In this document: positions 11,419-24,600 of the stretch, one piece after another | Position numbering within the stretch: position 1 is the stretch's first letter | How the letters are laid out: each line of letters opens with the position of its first letter | Source: Macrostomum hystrix | Taxonomy: Eukaryota; Animalia; Platyhelminthes | DNA length: 64,000 nt | Direction of reading: 5' to 3' | NCBI GenBank assembly: GCA_950097015.1 | Contig: CATNEN010000003.1 | Coordinates: 9,734,001 to 9,798,000 of the forward strand | Program-made: the position numbers and the translations under genes | The notes under the pieces: model-generated | What the model saw: the letters and a program-made list of their open reading frames with translations, nothing else | The model's database searches: none | What the model was told of the DNA's origin: nothing

Positions 11419-11842
11419 GGATCCTAGACACTTCGTCATCTTACAACTTCGTCATCTTACAACTTCGTCATCCACTTGGAAGGTAGGACACTTCGTCATC
11501 CAGCCAATTGGCATGCTTTAAAGTTTGTTCAGTTCGTCATCTACTAATAACAAGCAATCAAGTTCGTCATCAATAAAGTGAGGGTGTGGTTGTGGGGCGG
11601 AGGTGTGAACACACTTCACACTCTAAATTGTCAAAAATTGGTTTCAAAACTGATTTCATTATAAGCGTTGAAAGATAGGTGCCAGCACGATGTGAGGAGG
11701 GGTGGGGAGGGGTGGTTCTGTTCTAACTTTGAAAACTTTTGTTTTATAGATAACGAAGTGTCCTCAAGTTTAAGTCTCTTCGTCATCCACCCTCTAAGAT
11801 ATTGGACAGATCGTCATCTGGATGACGAAGTGTCCAGGTACC
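11419..11842. mobile_element. Non-autonomous Mutator-like TIR element (MITE)
   Basis: Imperfect TIRs ggatcctagacacttcgtcatc / gatgacgaagtgtccaggtacc; 9-bp TSD gaggcaccc (11410-11418) vs gatgcaccc (11843-11851); repeated subterminal TTCGTCATC motifs. Confidence 0.8.
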
Positions 11843-12913
11843 GATGCACCCACTGTCCACCACCAGTCCTAAACTCTAGTTTATCTTGTCATACAGATAG
11901 ACTAATAAAAACAAAAATAATAAATAAATTTATTATTTGATTAAATTTACCCAATTGCGTTTAACAGCTTTAGCTAGGTGTTTTTGTTATTGTATTTGTA
12001 TTTTCCTCTTATGGGATAAGTTACTAAGAAATAATAAATTCAAGTGGCTTGAATATTTTCAGCGCTATAAATTCTAGACTAGGCCTAAATGTATTTTCTA
12101 AACTTATAAGATTGTAAAATTTGGCTCATCTATAACTTATAGACTATAAGATATCAGATATAAGATATTAGGACACAGACTATAAGACATCAAATATCTT
12201 ATAAGTTATAAGGATCTGTCAAATATAAGATATCTTATAAACTTATTGGTTAACTACTAAGAGTTAGGCCTATACAGCTGGCTAGCTATCAATATTAGGC
12301 GGCTAGGCCCCCTACTTCTTATTGACATCCTCTTACTATAATAGATTGTCTGTATATTACCTTTTGCTGGCTGGCAGTGGCTATAATTTAGGTATTTTAT
12401 TATATTTTTAGAGCCTTTCCCATATTAAAATTTGAGTACTTCATTAATTAAGTAAAATTATATATCTAACTATATGGATACTTTCATACATGTGCAACCT
12501 CCCAAATCTTAGCCGGCCGTGTGACTTAGTTTTTGCTCTATTTACAACTAAGTTTGCTCTCATTTGCGACTTAGTTTGTTTCATTGCTCTATTTACGACT
12601 TCGTTTGCTCTCATTTGCTCTATTTTTCTCTCCACTTTTTCCTTTTCTTCCTGCCTTCCTTTTTTGTCCCTTGGTCCTCCCTTTGATTTTTTTGCGCTTG
12701 GTTGATTGGTTTTTGCGACTTACCTTGCTTGGCCCTCGTTTCACCCAGCCAGTTTGGCCGGGTCGGCTGGGTGTTGCGCATGTATGTATATATAATTAGA
12801 ATGATATATGATATTGCTGACATAGCCTAGGAATGTTTACTAGCAAATAGTAGCAGACTTGTACTTATTAATTGATCTCATTTTCAGCTCTTTTAACTCC
12901 TAACTGTTTAGTC

Positions 12914-14805
12914 ATGTCTAAATTTGCTGTCCTTAAAGTTGAAGGACTCAGCAGCAGTGACAGTGACAATGAAAATAAACAAAAGACTCATACAAAAGCT
13001 AAGAAATCTACAAAGAGTAAGAAACAAAAGCAGCAGGTGCCTGTACCTACATCGCATTGTAGCAAGAATAAGCCTCAGCAGCAGCAGCCTCAGCCTAGGG
13101 TTCCAGCAGCTCAGGTAACAGCTCTGGAAGAGTGGCAGAAAAAAGATGAGGTAATACACCATTTTGTAATAAATTATCCCTTTCTTCCAGTCATTCTGAG
13201 CCCTATTCACTAGTATTTTAGATCCCATCCAACATCCCACCATTCTGAGCCCTATTCACTAGTATTCTAGATCCCATCCAACATCCCACCATTCTGATCC
13301 CTATTCACTAGTATTTTAGATCCCATCCAACATCCCACCATTCTGATCCCTATTCACTAGTATTCTAGATCCCATCCAACATCCCACCATTCTGATCCCT
13401 ATTCACTAGTATTTTAGATCCCATCCAACATCCCACCATTCTGATCCCTATTCACTAGTATTTTAGATCCCATCCAACATCCCACCATTCTGATCCCTAT
13501 TCACTAGTATTTTAGATCCCATCCAATATCCCACCATTCTGAGCCCTATTCACTAGTATTTTAGATCCCATCCAACATCCCACCATTTTGATCCCTATTC
13601 ACTAGTATTTTAGATCCCATCCAACATCCCACCATTCTGAGCCCTATTCACTAGTATTTTAGATCCCATCCAACATCCCACCATTCTGATCCCTATTCCC
13701 TAGTATTTTAGATCCCATCCAACATCCCACCATTCTGATCCCTATTCTCTAGTATTTTAGATTCCATCCGACATATAATCCTCAGTTTTGCTGCAGTTCT
13801 GCAGATTTCTAAATTATTCAAATACCCTGCAATGTCACAAAACAGAAACTGGTTGAGGAAAGCTACCAACGCGAGTTGGCCCAGGCTATGATGGCCAGCA
13901 AATTGGAATCATCTGCCAGTCCAGTATTTGCTTCTGGCGCCGGTGGCGTTTCCGGCGCGACATTGGACCACCTGGAGGCTGAGAGTAGGCGAGCGGCGAA
14001 CGCGGCTTTGAAACGCGAACACCTGACTGAACGGGAGCAGGTGCGACGCCAGTTAGAAGCCGAAGTGCAGGCCAAGTATCAGGTAAAATATTTTACATGT
14101 TTCGCTTTTAGTATTTGGGTTCAGTGTACCCTTCAGGCAGGGTGTAATATCCTACTGTTGCACCCTTCAGGCAGGGTGTAATATCCTCCTGTTGCACCGT
14201 TCAGGCAGGGTAATATCCTACTGTTGCACCGTTCAGGCAGGGTAATATCCTCCTGTTGCACCGTTCAGGCAGAGTAATATCCTACTGCTGCACCCTTCAG
14301 GCAGGGTGTAATATCCTACTGCTGCACCCTTCAGGCAGGGTGTAATATTCTACCAAATGAAAAATAAGAAGTAAGAATTTAAACAGGTTATTTAGACGAT
14401 TCTCAAACAGTGTTTGTATTAGCCACTCCAAAAGGCTAACAATGTCCACGCCCTCCTCGACCCTCTGTCTATTTTCTATTTTCAATAATTTCAATCAATT
14501 TTCAATCAATTTTAAAGGCTGTTTTGGACGCAAAAGAAGCCGAGAATGTTGCCCTCCGCGCCGAGGCGGAGGATCTGAAACGCGCGCTGGCTAGTTCAGA
14601 GGCGCAGGTAGCTCACCTCAATTCGCTGCTGAATGTGGTAGAAGGCAAGAAAGCCAAGGGTCTGTCTGAGCAGATCTACCAGCTGACTCTGGTTATATCT
14701 GAGCTAACTGACAACACTAAACTATTGGACTCTGAATTGGCCAAAGAGAAGACTAAGAGTCACCAGTTGCAGCAGCAACTAGAAAAGATGCGATCTGTTC
14801 ACTAA
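12914..14805 (+). CDS. GKAP1: G kinase-anchoring protein 1 homologue (253 aa)
   Basis: Exons 12914-13150, 13846-14082, 14518-14805 (all phase 0). Motifs SKFAVLKVE...DSD and EEWQKKDEKLVEESYQRELAQAMMASKLE, plus a C-terminal coiled coil (VEGKKAKGLSEQIYQL...ELAKEKTK), match recalled GKAP1 motifs. Confidence 0.82.
13192..13770. repeat. Intronic minisatellite, 49 bp unit
   Basis: cattctgatccctattcactagtattttagatcccatccaacatcccac, about 12 copies. Confidence 0.95.
14128..14346. repeat. Intronic minisatellite, 32-34 bp unit
   Basis: cccttcaggcagggtgtaatatcctactgttgca, about 6.5 copies. Confidence 0.9.
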
Positions 14806-15249
14806 CTTGCGTTTAAAATTATAATCTTAGCTGTTGTTTAGTAAAAAAATAATATATTTTGGACAGCAATGCCAATTCCCTTCTATGTCGCGCAACCGTT
14901 TCTGCATTAATACACCTGTGAATTGTAAACCTCAATTCTTATAGAATATCGACTTAATCAAGTCCGCTCAAAAAAAAATATCCTGGTGGTGTAACGTGAT
15001 TGTAGAACGAAGCATCTTACTAACGTTATTCAGTAAAACAATTTTCGTTTAGCTATTTCCCGTAATTTAAACGTGAATTCCATAAATACGTTACTTGAAT
15101 TTCGTTTCGTTTTTAGTTCAAAAAAAACACAGCTGTAACTGCCTGTTTTAAGTAGTAACATAGGAATAATCGGAAAAAAGTATAACTTTACTGAAATGAA
15201 CATTCTTTACATTTCTCAGTTTTTCGCAAATCCTCACTTTTAAGCATTT

Positions 15250-18075
15250 TTTCCAAATCCTCAGTTCAAACATTCTTCCCAGATCCTCAGTTCAAACATT
15301 CTTCCCAGATCCTCAGTTCAAACATTCTTCCCAAATCCTCAGTTCAAACATTCTTCCCAAATCCTCAGTTCAAACATTCTTCCCAGATCCTCAGTTCAAA
15401 CATTCTTCCCGGATCCTCAGTTCAAACATTCTTCCCAGATCCTCAGTTCAAACATTCTTCCCGGATCCTCAGTTCAAACATTCTTCCCAGATCCTCAGTT
15501 CAAACATTCTTCCCAGATCCTCAGTTCAAACATTCTTCCCAGATCCTCAGTTCAAACATTCTTCCCAGATCCTCAGTTCAAACATTCTTCCCGGATCCTC
15601 AGTTCAAACATTCTTCCCAGATCCTCAGTTCAAACATTCTTTTCCGGATCCTCAGTTCAAACATTCTTCCCAGATCCTCAGTTCAAACATTCTTCCCAGA
15701 TCCTCAGTTCAAACATTCTTCCCAGATCCTTAGTTCAAACATTCTTCCCGGATCCTCAGTTCAAAAATTCTTTCCCAGATCCTCAGTTCAAACATTCTTC
15801 CCAGATCCTCAGTTCAAACATTCTTCCCAGATCCTCAGTTCAAACATTCTTCCCAGATCCTCAGTTCAAACATTCTTCCCAGATCCTCAGTTCAAACATT
15901 CTTCCCAGATCCTCAGTTCAAACATTCTTCCCGGATCCTCAGTTCAAACATTCTTCCCAGATCCTCAGTTCAAACATTCTTCCCAGATCCTCAGTTCAAA
16001 CATTCTTTCCCAGATCCTCAGTTCAAACATTCTTCCCAGATCCTCAGTTCAAACAATCTTCCCAGATCCTCAGTTCAAACATTCTTCCCAGATCCTCAGT
16101 TCAAACATTCTTCCCAGATCCTCAGTTCAAACATTCTTCCCAGATCCTCAGTTCAAACATTCTTCCCAGATCCTCAGTTCATTCTTTCCAAATCCTCAGT
16201 TCAAACATTCTTTCCAGATCCTCAGTTCAAACATTCTTCCCAGATCCTCAGTTCAAACATTCTTCCCAGATCCTCAGTTCAAACATTCTTCCCGGATCCT
16301 CAGTTCAAACATTCTTTCCCAGATCCTTAGTTCAAACATTCTTCCCGGATCCTCAGTTCAAACATTCTTCCCAGATCCTCAGTTCAAACATTCTTCCCGG
16401 ATCCTCAGTTCAAACATTCTTTCCCAGATCCTCAGTTCAAACATTCTTCCCAGATCCTCAGTTCAAACAATCTTCCCAGATCCTCAGTTCAAACATTCTT
16501 CCCGGATCCTCAGTTCAAACATTCTTTCCCAGATCCTCAGTTCAAACATTCTTCCCAGATCCTCAGTTCAAACATTCTTCCCGGATCCTCAGTTCAAACA
16601 TTCTTCCCAGATCCTCAGTTCAAACATTCTTCCCAGATCCTCAGTTCAAACATTCTTCCCAGATCCTCAGTTCAAACATTCTTCCCAGATCCTTAGTTCA
16701 AACATTCTTCCCGGATCCTCAGTTCAAAAATTCTTTCCCAGATCCTCAGTTCAAACATTCTTCCCAGATCCTCAGTTCAAACATTCTTCCCAGATCCTCA
16801 GTTCAAACATTCTTCCCGGATCCTCAGTTCAAACATTCTTCCCAGATCCTCAGTTCAAACATTCTTTTCCGGATCCTCAGTTCAAACATTCTTCCCAGAT
16901 CCTCAGTTCAAACATTCTTCCCAGATCCTCAGTTCAAACATTCTTCCCAGATCCTTAGTTCAAACATTCTTCCCGGATCCTCAGTTCAAAAATTCTTTCC
17001 CAGATCCTCAGTTCAAACATTCTTCCCAGATCCTCAGTTCAAACATTCTTCCCAGATCCTCAGTTCAAACATTCTTCCCAGATCCTCAGTTCAAACATTC
17101 TTCCCAGATCCTCAGTTCAAACATTCTTCCCAGATCCTCAGTTCAAACATTCTTCCCGGATCCTCAGTTCAAACATTCTTCCCAGATCCTCAGTTCATTC
17201 TTTCCAAATCCTCAGTTCAAACATTCTTTCCAGATCCTCAGTTCAAACATTCTTCCCAGATCCTCAGTTCAAACAATCTTCCCAGATCCTCAGTTCAAAC
17301 GTTCTTCTCAGATCCTCAGTTCAAACGTTCTTCCCAGATCCTCAGTTCAAACATTCTTCCCGGATCCTCAGTTCAAACATTCTTCCCAGATCCTCAGTTC
17401 ATTCTTTCCAAATCCTCAGTTCAAACATTCTTTCCAGATCCTCAGTTCAAACAATCTTCCCAGATCCTCAGTTCAAACATTCTTCCCAGATCCTCAGTTC
17501 AAACATTCTTCCCAGATCCTCAGTTCAAACATTCTTCCCAGATCCTCAGTTCAAACATTCTTCCCGGATCCTCAGTTCAAACATTCTTCCCAGATCCTCA
17601 GTTCAAACATTCTTCCCGGATCCTCAGTTCAAACATTCTTCCCAGATCCTCAGTTCATTCTTTCCAAATCCTCAGTTCAAACATTCTTTCCAGATCCTCA
17701 GTTCAAACATTCTTTCCCAGATCCTCAGTTCAAACATTCTTCCCAGATCCTCAGTTCAAACATTCTTCCCGGATCCTCAGTTCAAACATTCTTTCCCAGA
17801 TCCTCAGTTCAAACATTCTTCCCGGATCCTCAGTTCAAACATTCTTCCCGGATCCTCAGTTCAAACATTCTTCCCAGATCCTCAGTTCAAACATTCTTCC
17901 CGTATCCTCAGTTCAAACATTCTTTCCCAGATCCTCAGTTCAAACATTCTTCCCGGATCCTCAGTTCAAACATTCTTCCCGGATCCTCAGTTCAAACATT
18001 CTTCCCAGATCCTCATTCAAGCCTTCTTCCTAAATTCTAGGTCCTGAGATATTCTTCCCAGATCCTCAGTTTAAA
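15250..18075. repeat. Intergenic satellite, 26 bp unit (agatcctcagttcaaacattcttccc)
   Basis: About 2.8 kb, roughly 105-110 highly similar copies. Confidence 0.97.
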
Positions 18076-18889
18076 CATTTTTCCCAATTTCCCAGTTTGA
18101 AATGCTTTTCGCTTTCTCATTTAAAATTCTTTCTAAATGTTCATTTTAAGCTAGACAATTTATTTTTCTTCATTTCAGATTAATCAATTGTTTTCCACAT
18201 CTTAAAGTTGAGATCTCGGCTACAGAGTTTTATTGTCTTTCTTTCTCTGTATGTCGAAATTTAGTTTTTAGGCTTACACAAGAATCGGTTAGTGTGTCAT
18301 TGATATTCGAGTAGAGAGGTCTAAAGCTCTTTATCAGCACTAAGTTTCCTACACTGTATTTTTAAGCACTTTGAGTGCTACGCTGTCCTCCAGATATCTG
18401 CGCAGGCTAAGCCGGCTGTTAGCTTGTTAGATCTATATAGCATTCTTATTGGAATTGTGTCTGAACTCTGAAGCCTAGATATCCTTATCTAGAATCCAAT
18501 TCTCGTTATCGTTTAAAGTAGCACCACTAAGCTTGTACATGTTCAGCTGCTGTAACATGACACTATGATATAGTGAATCAGCTGATTGCAGACACCTTGA
18601 CGCAAACTCTATGGTGAGATTATTCTAGTGCTGTCCGTCAGTAAAGTACAGTGCGTTTTATATTGCGTAAGCAGTCAAATTAATCAATGTTTTAAACTGT
18701 GCGTCATCTGTAAGACTTATGGGCATACATGTAAACTCCGGTATATACCGGTAAAAAATAGTAGGTTCGAATCGCAAGTGGAATTCCGATGCAGTTCCAC
18801 TAAGTTCGCAATGGACTTCTAGCTCTATAGCACTTTCTATGGTCAGATTTCCCTGTCAGACAGATACCAACTTGGATTTGATTTTAACC

Positions 18890-19230
18890 TGGGAATGGTC
18901 ATACATTCAACCTTTGATCGGTCATACAGTAAACCTGGAATTGGTCAGACATTCAACCTTTGATCGGTCATACAGTAAACCTGGAATTGGTCAGACATTC
19001 ACCTTCGATCGATCATACAGTAAACCTGGAATTGGTCAGACATTCCACCTTCGATCGATCATACAGTAAACCTGGAATTGGTCAGACATTCCACCTTCGA
19101 TCGATCATACAGTAAACCTGGAATTGGTCAGACATTCCACCTTCGATCGATCATACACTTAACCTGGAATTGGTCAGACATTCAACCTTTGATCGGTCAT
19201 ACAGTAAACCTGAAATTGGTCAGACATTCG
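18890..19230. repeat. Minisatellite, ~46 bp unit
   Basis: tggtcagacattcaacctttgatcggtcatacagtaaacctggaat, about 7 copies. Confidence 0.9.
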
Positions 19231-19775
19231 CCATTCATGGTCAGAAACACACCCTTGTATTGTCCATATATTTACCTCGCATGTGAAATTTATTAACACT
19301 AAAAAGACAAAAAATGCGCACATTTCTCATTTTCTATGGCACAAAAGTGAGGAATCGAGAATCAGTAATAATAAATGAACTGTATTCCTCATTTTAGTTT
19401 CTAAGAAAAAAGATGTGCATCAATTTTTAGGTAGACAGGGAGATACATGATTCATAGAAAGATTTCACAACAAAGCCTGCAAACAATTCTCTCTCTATTC
19501 TTTATCTTTTTATGAAGTCGTGCTACTCTATTGCATGTAAAAGAAAACAAAGTTTCGATAGTGGCTGATGACATAAACTACAGGACAGCCAAGTTAAAAA
19601 AAATCGGGTCTAAACTTAGTACAGGAATTCCACAGCACAGTAAGCGAATCGACAGATTTAGAAATGATTTAAAATGAAAAACAATTCAACAGAAACTTTT
19701 ACTCTTTTTCTACTGCGCTTTGACGCATGACAAAAATAACAATAAAACGTACAGTGTATACTTTTATCGATTTTT

Positions 19776-19860
19776 TGAATCGATCGATTTATCGATGAAT
19801 CGATTTATCGATGAATCGATTTATCGATGAATCGATTTATCGATGAATCGATTTATCGAT
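19776..19860. repeat. 16 bp tandem repeat rich in ATCGAT palindromes
   Basis: atcgatttatcgatga, about 5 copies. Confidence 0.85.
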
Positions 19861-20869
19861 TATAGTTACTCTGGCTAATGATTTACCAGTAAATAAAAGT
19901 GTACCACAGACATCATAGCTCGCGTTACATCGGTATACATCAATATCGGTGTTTCAGTCACTGTGAGACATCTAATTTAGGAATACAATTAAAAAAATTA
20001 CGCATGTCAGCCTTATTCAAATCGAAGGATTTTTTCAAATTAAATTATCCCACACTTTCCAGAGATACGAGTATCTCACAAAAACTTGGCGTGAACACAG
20101 TTACGCGAAAACACAAGAGAGAGCAATGTGCTTTACATATAGCAACACGACTGTTGCTGAGGAAATACACATATATATATTAATGTCAATAGCATTTTCT
20201 ACAATTGGTTACATCTTTTTTTTATTTACTTCAGAACTGAAACACAGCTGTGTCTGGAGCGATACAGCAAAATTCCAAAATATATATTTCAATACGCAGT
20301 CCTTTTTGCACTATTGTTTACCCACTTAGAGTTTACAATACATGATCAGATTTTATAATATATTGTGCCGCATTTGTGCAATGGGATTTTAGTCCCTGTT
20401 TTTTTATTCCTAAAATAACATCAACACAAGCTAAGGAATGCTCTTAAACCATTTAATAAAAAAAGACAGCACACAGAGCAAATACAATTAGTTTTTTATC
20501 TCTAGCCATTTTTTACAAATAGAAAGGATGTCGACATAAAAACTTTGTATGATAGAAACCAACAGAAAAATTATTAACAACAGAAAAAATAATATTTTAG
20601 AATAATATTTGATTCAGTAAAAATTGATGAATAACGATTCTCATCTGCCACTGGCAAGCCTGACGCAAAAAATCTATCGATTGAGATGCTCGCACAGGGA
20701 TTGAACGCTAAGCAATGTTCGTTTCTTTATGCACGCTGTTTTTTTTAAAGCAGCCAAATTTTCTGGCATACGAGAAAAAAGCTGGGTAAAGTGACGATTT
20801 ATGTGCGAAAAATGGAGATTAAATGGTCAGGAAAAAGTTTGTACACTCGAGAGGTGGGTCAAACAAAGG

Positions 20870-21045
20870 AACGAGTGTTAACTGGGGTGGCGGGTTTGAT
20901 AACGGGGACGAGTGTTAACTGGGGTGGCGGGTTTGATAACGGGGACGAGTGTTAACTGGGGTGGCGGGTTTGATAACGGGGACGAGAGTTAACTGGGGTG
21001 GCGGGTTTGATAAGGGGAACGAGTGTTAACTGGCGTGGCGGGTTT
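20870..21045 (+). repeat. 37 bp minisatellite (gagtgttaactggggtggcgggtttgataacggggac)
   Basis: About 5 copies; the same unit occurs inverted at 24265-24590. Confidence 0.9.
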
Positions 21046-21692
21046 TATATGGCGGAAGTGCACATAGGGCTTCATAGTAGAAAGATCACGGGGGAATTTA
21101 AAATACCTACATTTTACTTTGTATGTTTCTCCAAAAATATTCAACCAATCGGCATGAAAATTCAGAGCATGGGTTTGAATTTTCCGCTCTGATCGATGAA
21201 ACAACTTCAAGAATCACAAAACATCGACAGAATATCTCGACGATTGCTGATGTCGGACGGGCTTTGAAATTTGATTTATCGTCATGAAATGGTGGAAAAT
21301 TTCGATCTGTATGGTGGACTTTCACGAAAATCGGTATTCGGTTTGGGAGCTATCGTGAAGTGGGCAGTGGGTATTTTAAATACAGTCGTGTTCTTTCTCC
21401 AGGGAAAACTGAAGAACGCAGTAAAGCGACATAGGTTCACTGGGGTTGCAAGCTGTGATTATGGTGCCAAGTCTCTAGAATAAACAAATTGAGAAATTTT
21501 CTGAGATTTCCCGTTAAAAGAAACTACACGAACAGAGGGGGTTTAGAGCGATAGCAAAAGATAAGAATCGAAAGTTTAGTATATTCTAAAATGACGAGTT
21601 CGTGCGATAAAACCACAGAAATCGACATCAAAAGATTAGGGATCTGGGCAATCACAAGCGTGTCGTATGCACATAACAAAGCAGCGAGTCGG

Positions 21693-24600
21693 CTAATTAG
21701 CGGCCAGCTCCTGCATCAGAGGGGGCACGCGAGCCACCTGCAGAATCTTCGAGCCGTCGCTGTACCTGACGTCCAGCCACCGGATTCGCAGCAGCGCCAG
21801 CAGAGCGCGCTGGACGGTTCTCTCGGCGCGTTCGCCAGTCTCGGATTCGCGCATTCTAGCGATGCCGTCTAGGAAGCCGAGATACTGCGTCTGGGCGTGG
21901 CGAACCTGCACAGTCGGGTTCGCTTGTTAGCTTATCCTAGACTTGTCCCTGATACTTCAGGTTAGAGATACACACCCTGATACTTCAGGTTAGAGATACA
22001 CACCCCTAATACTTCAGGAGGCTAGAGATATACAACCCTGATACTTTAGAAGGCTAGAGATACACACCCTGATACTTCAGGAGGCTAGAGATACACACCC
22101 TGATACTTCAGGAGGCTAGAGATATACAACCCTGATACTTTAGAAGGCTAGAGATACACACCCTGATACTTCAGGAGGCTAGAGATACACACCCTGATAC
22201 TTCAGGAGGCTAGAGATACACACCCTGATACTTCAGGAGGCTAGAGATACACACCCTGATACTTCAGGAGGCTAGAGATACACACCCTGATACTTCAGGA
22301 GGCTAGAGATATACAACCCTGATACTTTAGAAGGCTAGAGATACACACCCTGATACTTCAGGAGGCTAGAGATACACACCCTGATACTTCAGGAGGCTAG
22401 AGATACACACCCTGATACTTCAGGAGGCTAGAGATACACACCCTGATACTTCAGGAGGCTAGAGATACACACCCTGATACTTCAGGAGGCTAGAGATACA
22501 CACCCCCTGGCTCACCTGGTGAAGCTCCTCCGGCGTCAGTATGAGGCCAGTGTCCTCTTCAAGCATGTAAACAGCCAACAACACCAGAGCAGCGACTTTG
22601 CGATGACCGCCAAACAGTCTCAGCATATCCCTGTAATAATCTGTGAGGGTCTGATAGATTCTCTCCACATCTGACACACTGTATAGTGCTCGATCGTCCA
22701 TCCAACGCTTGCTAGTCAAGCTCATGAATGTGCCAGTGATGGCCTCCTTAGAGTGGAGTACAGCCTCTTCGAGTCCATCGCTGTTTTCTAGCAACACAAC
22801 CCAGGCGTCGCGATCGTAGTCGTAGGAAAGGACGCTGATGATTTGGATGACGCCGAAAACTCGCAGCTACGGGATAATTTTATTTCACGGGCTTCAATGC
22901 AACTGTCATTTATGCGCGTTGTATTTGTGGAAATTCCCTATATCTTATCATTTCTACATCCCATAGATGCATCCTAAGATTCTTATCATACAACTCAGCA
23001 TTAGGTTGGTCATTTCGGATTTACAAGGCAACCACATTTCAGCATTCCTAATCCCATGCCTGCATTTTTAATCCCATCCCTGCATTCCTAATCCCATCCC
23101 TGCATTCCTAATCCCATCCCTGCATTCCTAATCCCATCCCTGCATTTTTAATCCCATCCCTGCATTCCTAATCCCATCCCTGCATTTTTAATCCCATCCC
23201 TGCATTCCTAATCCCATCCCTGCATTTTTAATCCCATCCCTGCATTCCTAATCCCATCCCTGCATTTTTAATCCCATCCCTGCATTCCTAATCCCATCCC
23301 TGCATTCCTAATCCCATCCCTGCATTTTTAATCCCATCCCTGCATTCCTAATCCCATCCCTGCATTTTTAATCCCATCCCTGCATTTCTAATCCAATCCC
23401 TGCATTTCTAATCCAATCCCTGCATTCCTAATCCCATCCCTGCATTCCTAATCCCATCCCTGCATTCCTAATCCCATCTCTGCATTCCTAATCCCATCCC
23501 TGCATTCCTAATCCCATCTCTGCATTTCTAATCCCATCTCAGCATTTCTAATCCCATCTCAGCATTTCTAATCCCATCTCTGCATTTCTAATCCCATCTC
23601 TGCATTTCTAATCCCATCTCAGCATTTCCAATCCCATCTCAGCATTTCTAATCCTATCTCAGCATTTCTAATCCTATCTCAGCATTTCTAATCCCATCCC
23701 TGCATTTCTAATCCCATCTCAGCATTCCTAATCTCATCTCAGCATCCCTAATCCCATCTCAGCATTCCTAATTCCATGCATTCTTAATGCCATATCAGAA
23801 TTTTAATCCCAATTCCAGCATTTCTAATACCCTCTCGGCATTCTCAATACGGTCTCAGAATTTCAAACACAACCCTCTTTTAGCATCTACTTTATAATTT
23901 ATTCCACAATGACACGATCCCATTATCCCTATCCAAAATAAAAATAATAAGCCAACCTTGACTAGCCTGCCAAGTAAAGTCTTCTCCAGCTGGCCAATAA
24001 TAGGCATGGCTGGTATGAGTCGAATCATTTTTCTAACGGAATTCTCCAGAGTTGAGAAGCCGTCCTCCAAATTAAACAGCTTGGATGACAATGTAGGCGC
24101 GCACTGCTGTTCGTATGGCAACTGATAGTCGGTGACGCATAAGCACAGCTGGCTGTAGGCCTGAGTGGCCTCGAACTGTCTACCCTCAGTGTGCCATCTG
24201 GATGGAGAAGGTCAGGTGCGTGACGTCATCGTTTAATAAATAACGCTATTTTCCCCAGTTCCCCAGCCACCCCAGTTAACACTCGCCCCGTTTTCAAACC
24301 CGCCACCCCAGTTAACACTCGCCCCCGTTTTAAAACCCACCACCCCAGTTAACACTCGCCCCCGTTTTAAAACCCACCACCCCAGTTAACACTCGCCCCC
24401 GTTTTAAAACCCACCACCCCAGTTAACACTCGTCTCCATTATCAAACCCGCCACCCCAGTTAACACTCGTCCCCGTTATCAAACCCGCCACCCCCAGTTA
24501 ACACTCGTACCCGTTATCAAACCCGCCACGCCAGTTAACACTCGTCCCCGTTATCAAACCCGCCACGCCAGTTAACACTCGTCCCCTTATTCAACCATAA

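Noticed and set aside
12485-12786. Possible MITE with short catacatgYgcaac inverted termini
   Set aside because: The TIR is short and imperfect and no TSD was found; not supportable as a feature.
15250-18075. CRISPR-like appearance of the regular arrays (also 3315-4710, 13192-13770, 56860-58290)
   Set aside because: Units are head-to-tail with no unique spacers, there are no cas genes, and the context is eukaryotic.
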